Source: Promethearchaeota archaeon Loki_b32 (GTDB lineage: Archaea; Asgardarchaeota; Lokiarchaeia; Sigyniarchaeales; SOKP01). From it: a DNA stretch of 16,179 nucleotides. Made by a program: the position numbers and the translations under genes. The notes under the pieces are model-generated. The model was not told where the DNA came from. It made no database searches and saw only the letters and a program-made list of their open reading frames with translations. The stretch covers positions 1 to 16,179 of the forward strand of contig NJBH01000056.1 of NCBI GenBank assembly GCA_005223125.1, given 5' to 3'. Below are positions 15,579 to 16,179 of this stretch, in pieces. Position 1 is the first letter of the stretch, and every line of letters starts with the position of its first letter.

Positions 15579-16179
15579 TTGCTGTTAGGCTCAGAGTATA
15601 ATGCTCATTATGAATATAAAAATTTATCTGCTTATGTAGAACATTTTTGTGGTTGTTATGGGGGTGTTGCTTCATTAATATTGACAATAGAGACATACAA
15701 TCATCAATTTGCTATTGGTAGGACGGGTGGTGATCTTTTAGGACAGTATTATATTGAACCATATGACGATACAATCATCTATTATTGTTATGCATTACTG
15801 AATCGATCCCTTACTCAAGGAGTTCATGATGTTGAAGGATTTACTGTACCTAATTACGCTCCTTTTGCATATGATGTGCTAAAAGTGTTTGAAGTACCTT
15901 ATATTCACTCAAATTATGACGTTTTAATGCAAAAAGCCGCATCATTTCAAGGAAGTATCGAAGCAGAAGGAGGATTTATAAAAGTTGAGAGAAATGTTGA
16001 AATAACTTTGGAAATTCCTCTAAAAACGAGCATTGATCTTCCCGACACCTTGATACCCGGAGATAATCTAAATGGTTTGCTGGGAACCATTATAGATCTC
16101 TCTGCAGCTGTTCTTACCATAGATTATTTTTTTAATATTTCAGCTGACTACAAAATATTCTTCTCTGAGTACCATTTTG
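15579..16179 (+). CDS. Partial ORF running off the window; beta-rich, extracellular-looking, apparently lacking its native 5' end
   Basis: Stop-free frame of ~200 codons LLLGSEYNAHYEYKNLSAYVEHFCGCYGG...SEYHF. In-frame GTG 15546 and TTG 15552 lie inside the RPA-derived repeat. Confidence 0.65.
   Translation, partial: MLLGSEYNAHYEYKNLSAYVEHFCGCYGGVASLILTIETYNHQFAIGRTGGDLLGQYYIEPYDDTIIYYCYALLNRSLTQGVHDVEGFTVPNYAPFAYDVLKVFEVPYIHSNYDVLMQKAASFQGSIEAEGGFIKVERNVEITLEIPLKTSIDLPDTLIPGDNLNGLLGTIIDLSAAVLTIDYFFNISADYKIFFSEYHF

Noticed and set aside
3025-15696. ORF-track entries 3025..3330(-), 9128..9310(+), 11393..11575(-), 12407..12622(-), 15472..15696(-)
   Set aside because: Antisense shadows of better-supported genes.
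1-16179. CRISPR array, tRNA/rRNA, transposase, integrase, RadA intein
   Set aside because: None seen: no regularly spaced repeats, cloverleaf, DDE or tyrosine-recombinase motifs, and the RadA Walker A region is uninterrupted.

Overview
AT-rich archaeal DNA, inferred to be from an Asgard archaeon (Lokiarchaeia/Promethearchaeia-like) on the basis of gene style; this was not checked by search. The backbone is a + strand DNA-repair cluster: radA, a divergent FEN1, a protein with a divergent TFB cyclin repeat, a small ORF and RPA/SSB. It is interrupted by a ~6 kb minus-strand island (TPR protein, Cap4/DUF4297-like nuclease, small protein, HhH-GPD-like protein, membrane protein, double C2HC zinc finger). 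It is followed by a frameshifted nucleosidase-TM gene and a deletion-riddled second copy of part of the same neighbourhood (XPD 3' fragment, TFB-like 3' fragment, small-ORF paralog, first codons of RPA). Two signals stand out. (1) radA carries a 31-nt insertion (1018-1048) that folds into a bulge-helix-bulge-type motif; cutting at the canonical sites restores the frame and the conserved GGNIVAH motif, so this is a candidate frameshifting mRNA intron. (2) Five copies of TTTTTT[CG]TTTAAATA, a TATA box with a T-tract where a purine-rich BRE is expected, lie upstream of the repair genes and of the TFB-like gene, suggesting a DNA-damage regulon with its own alternative TFB-like factor.
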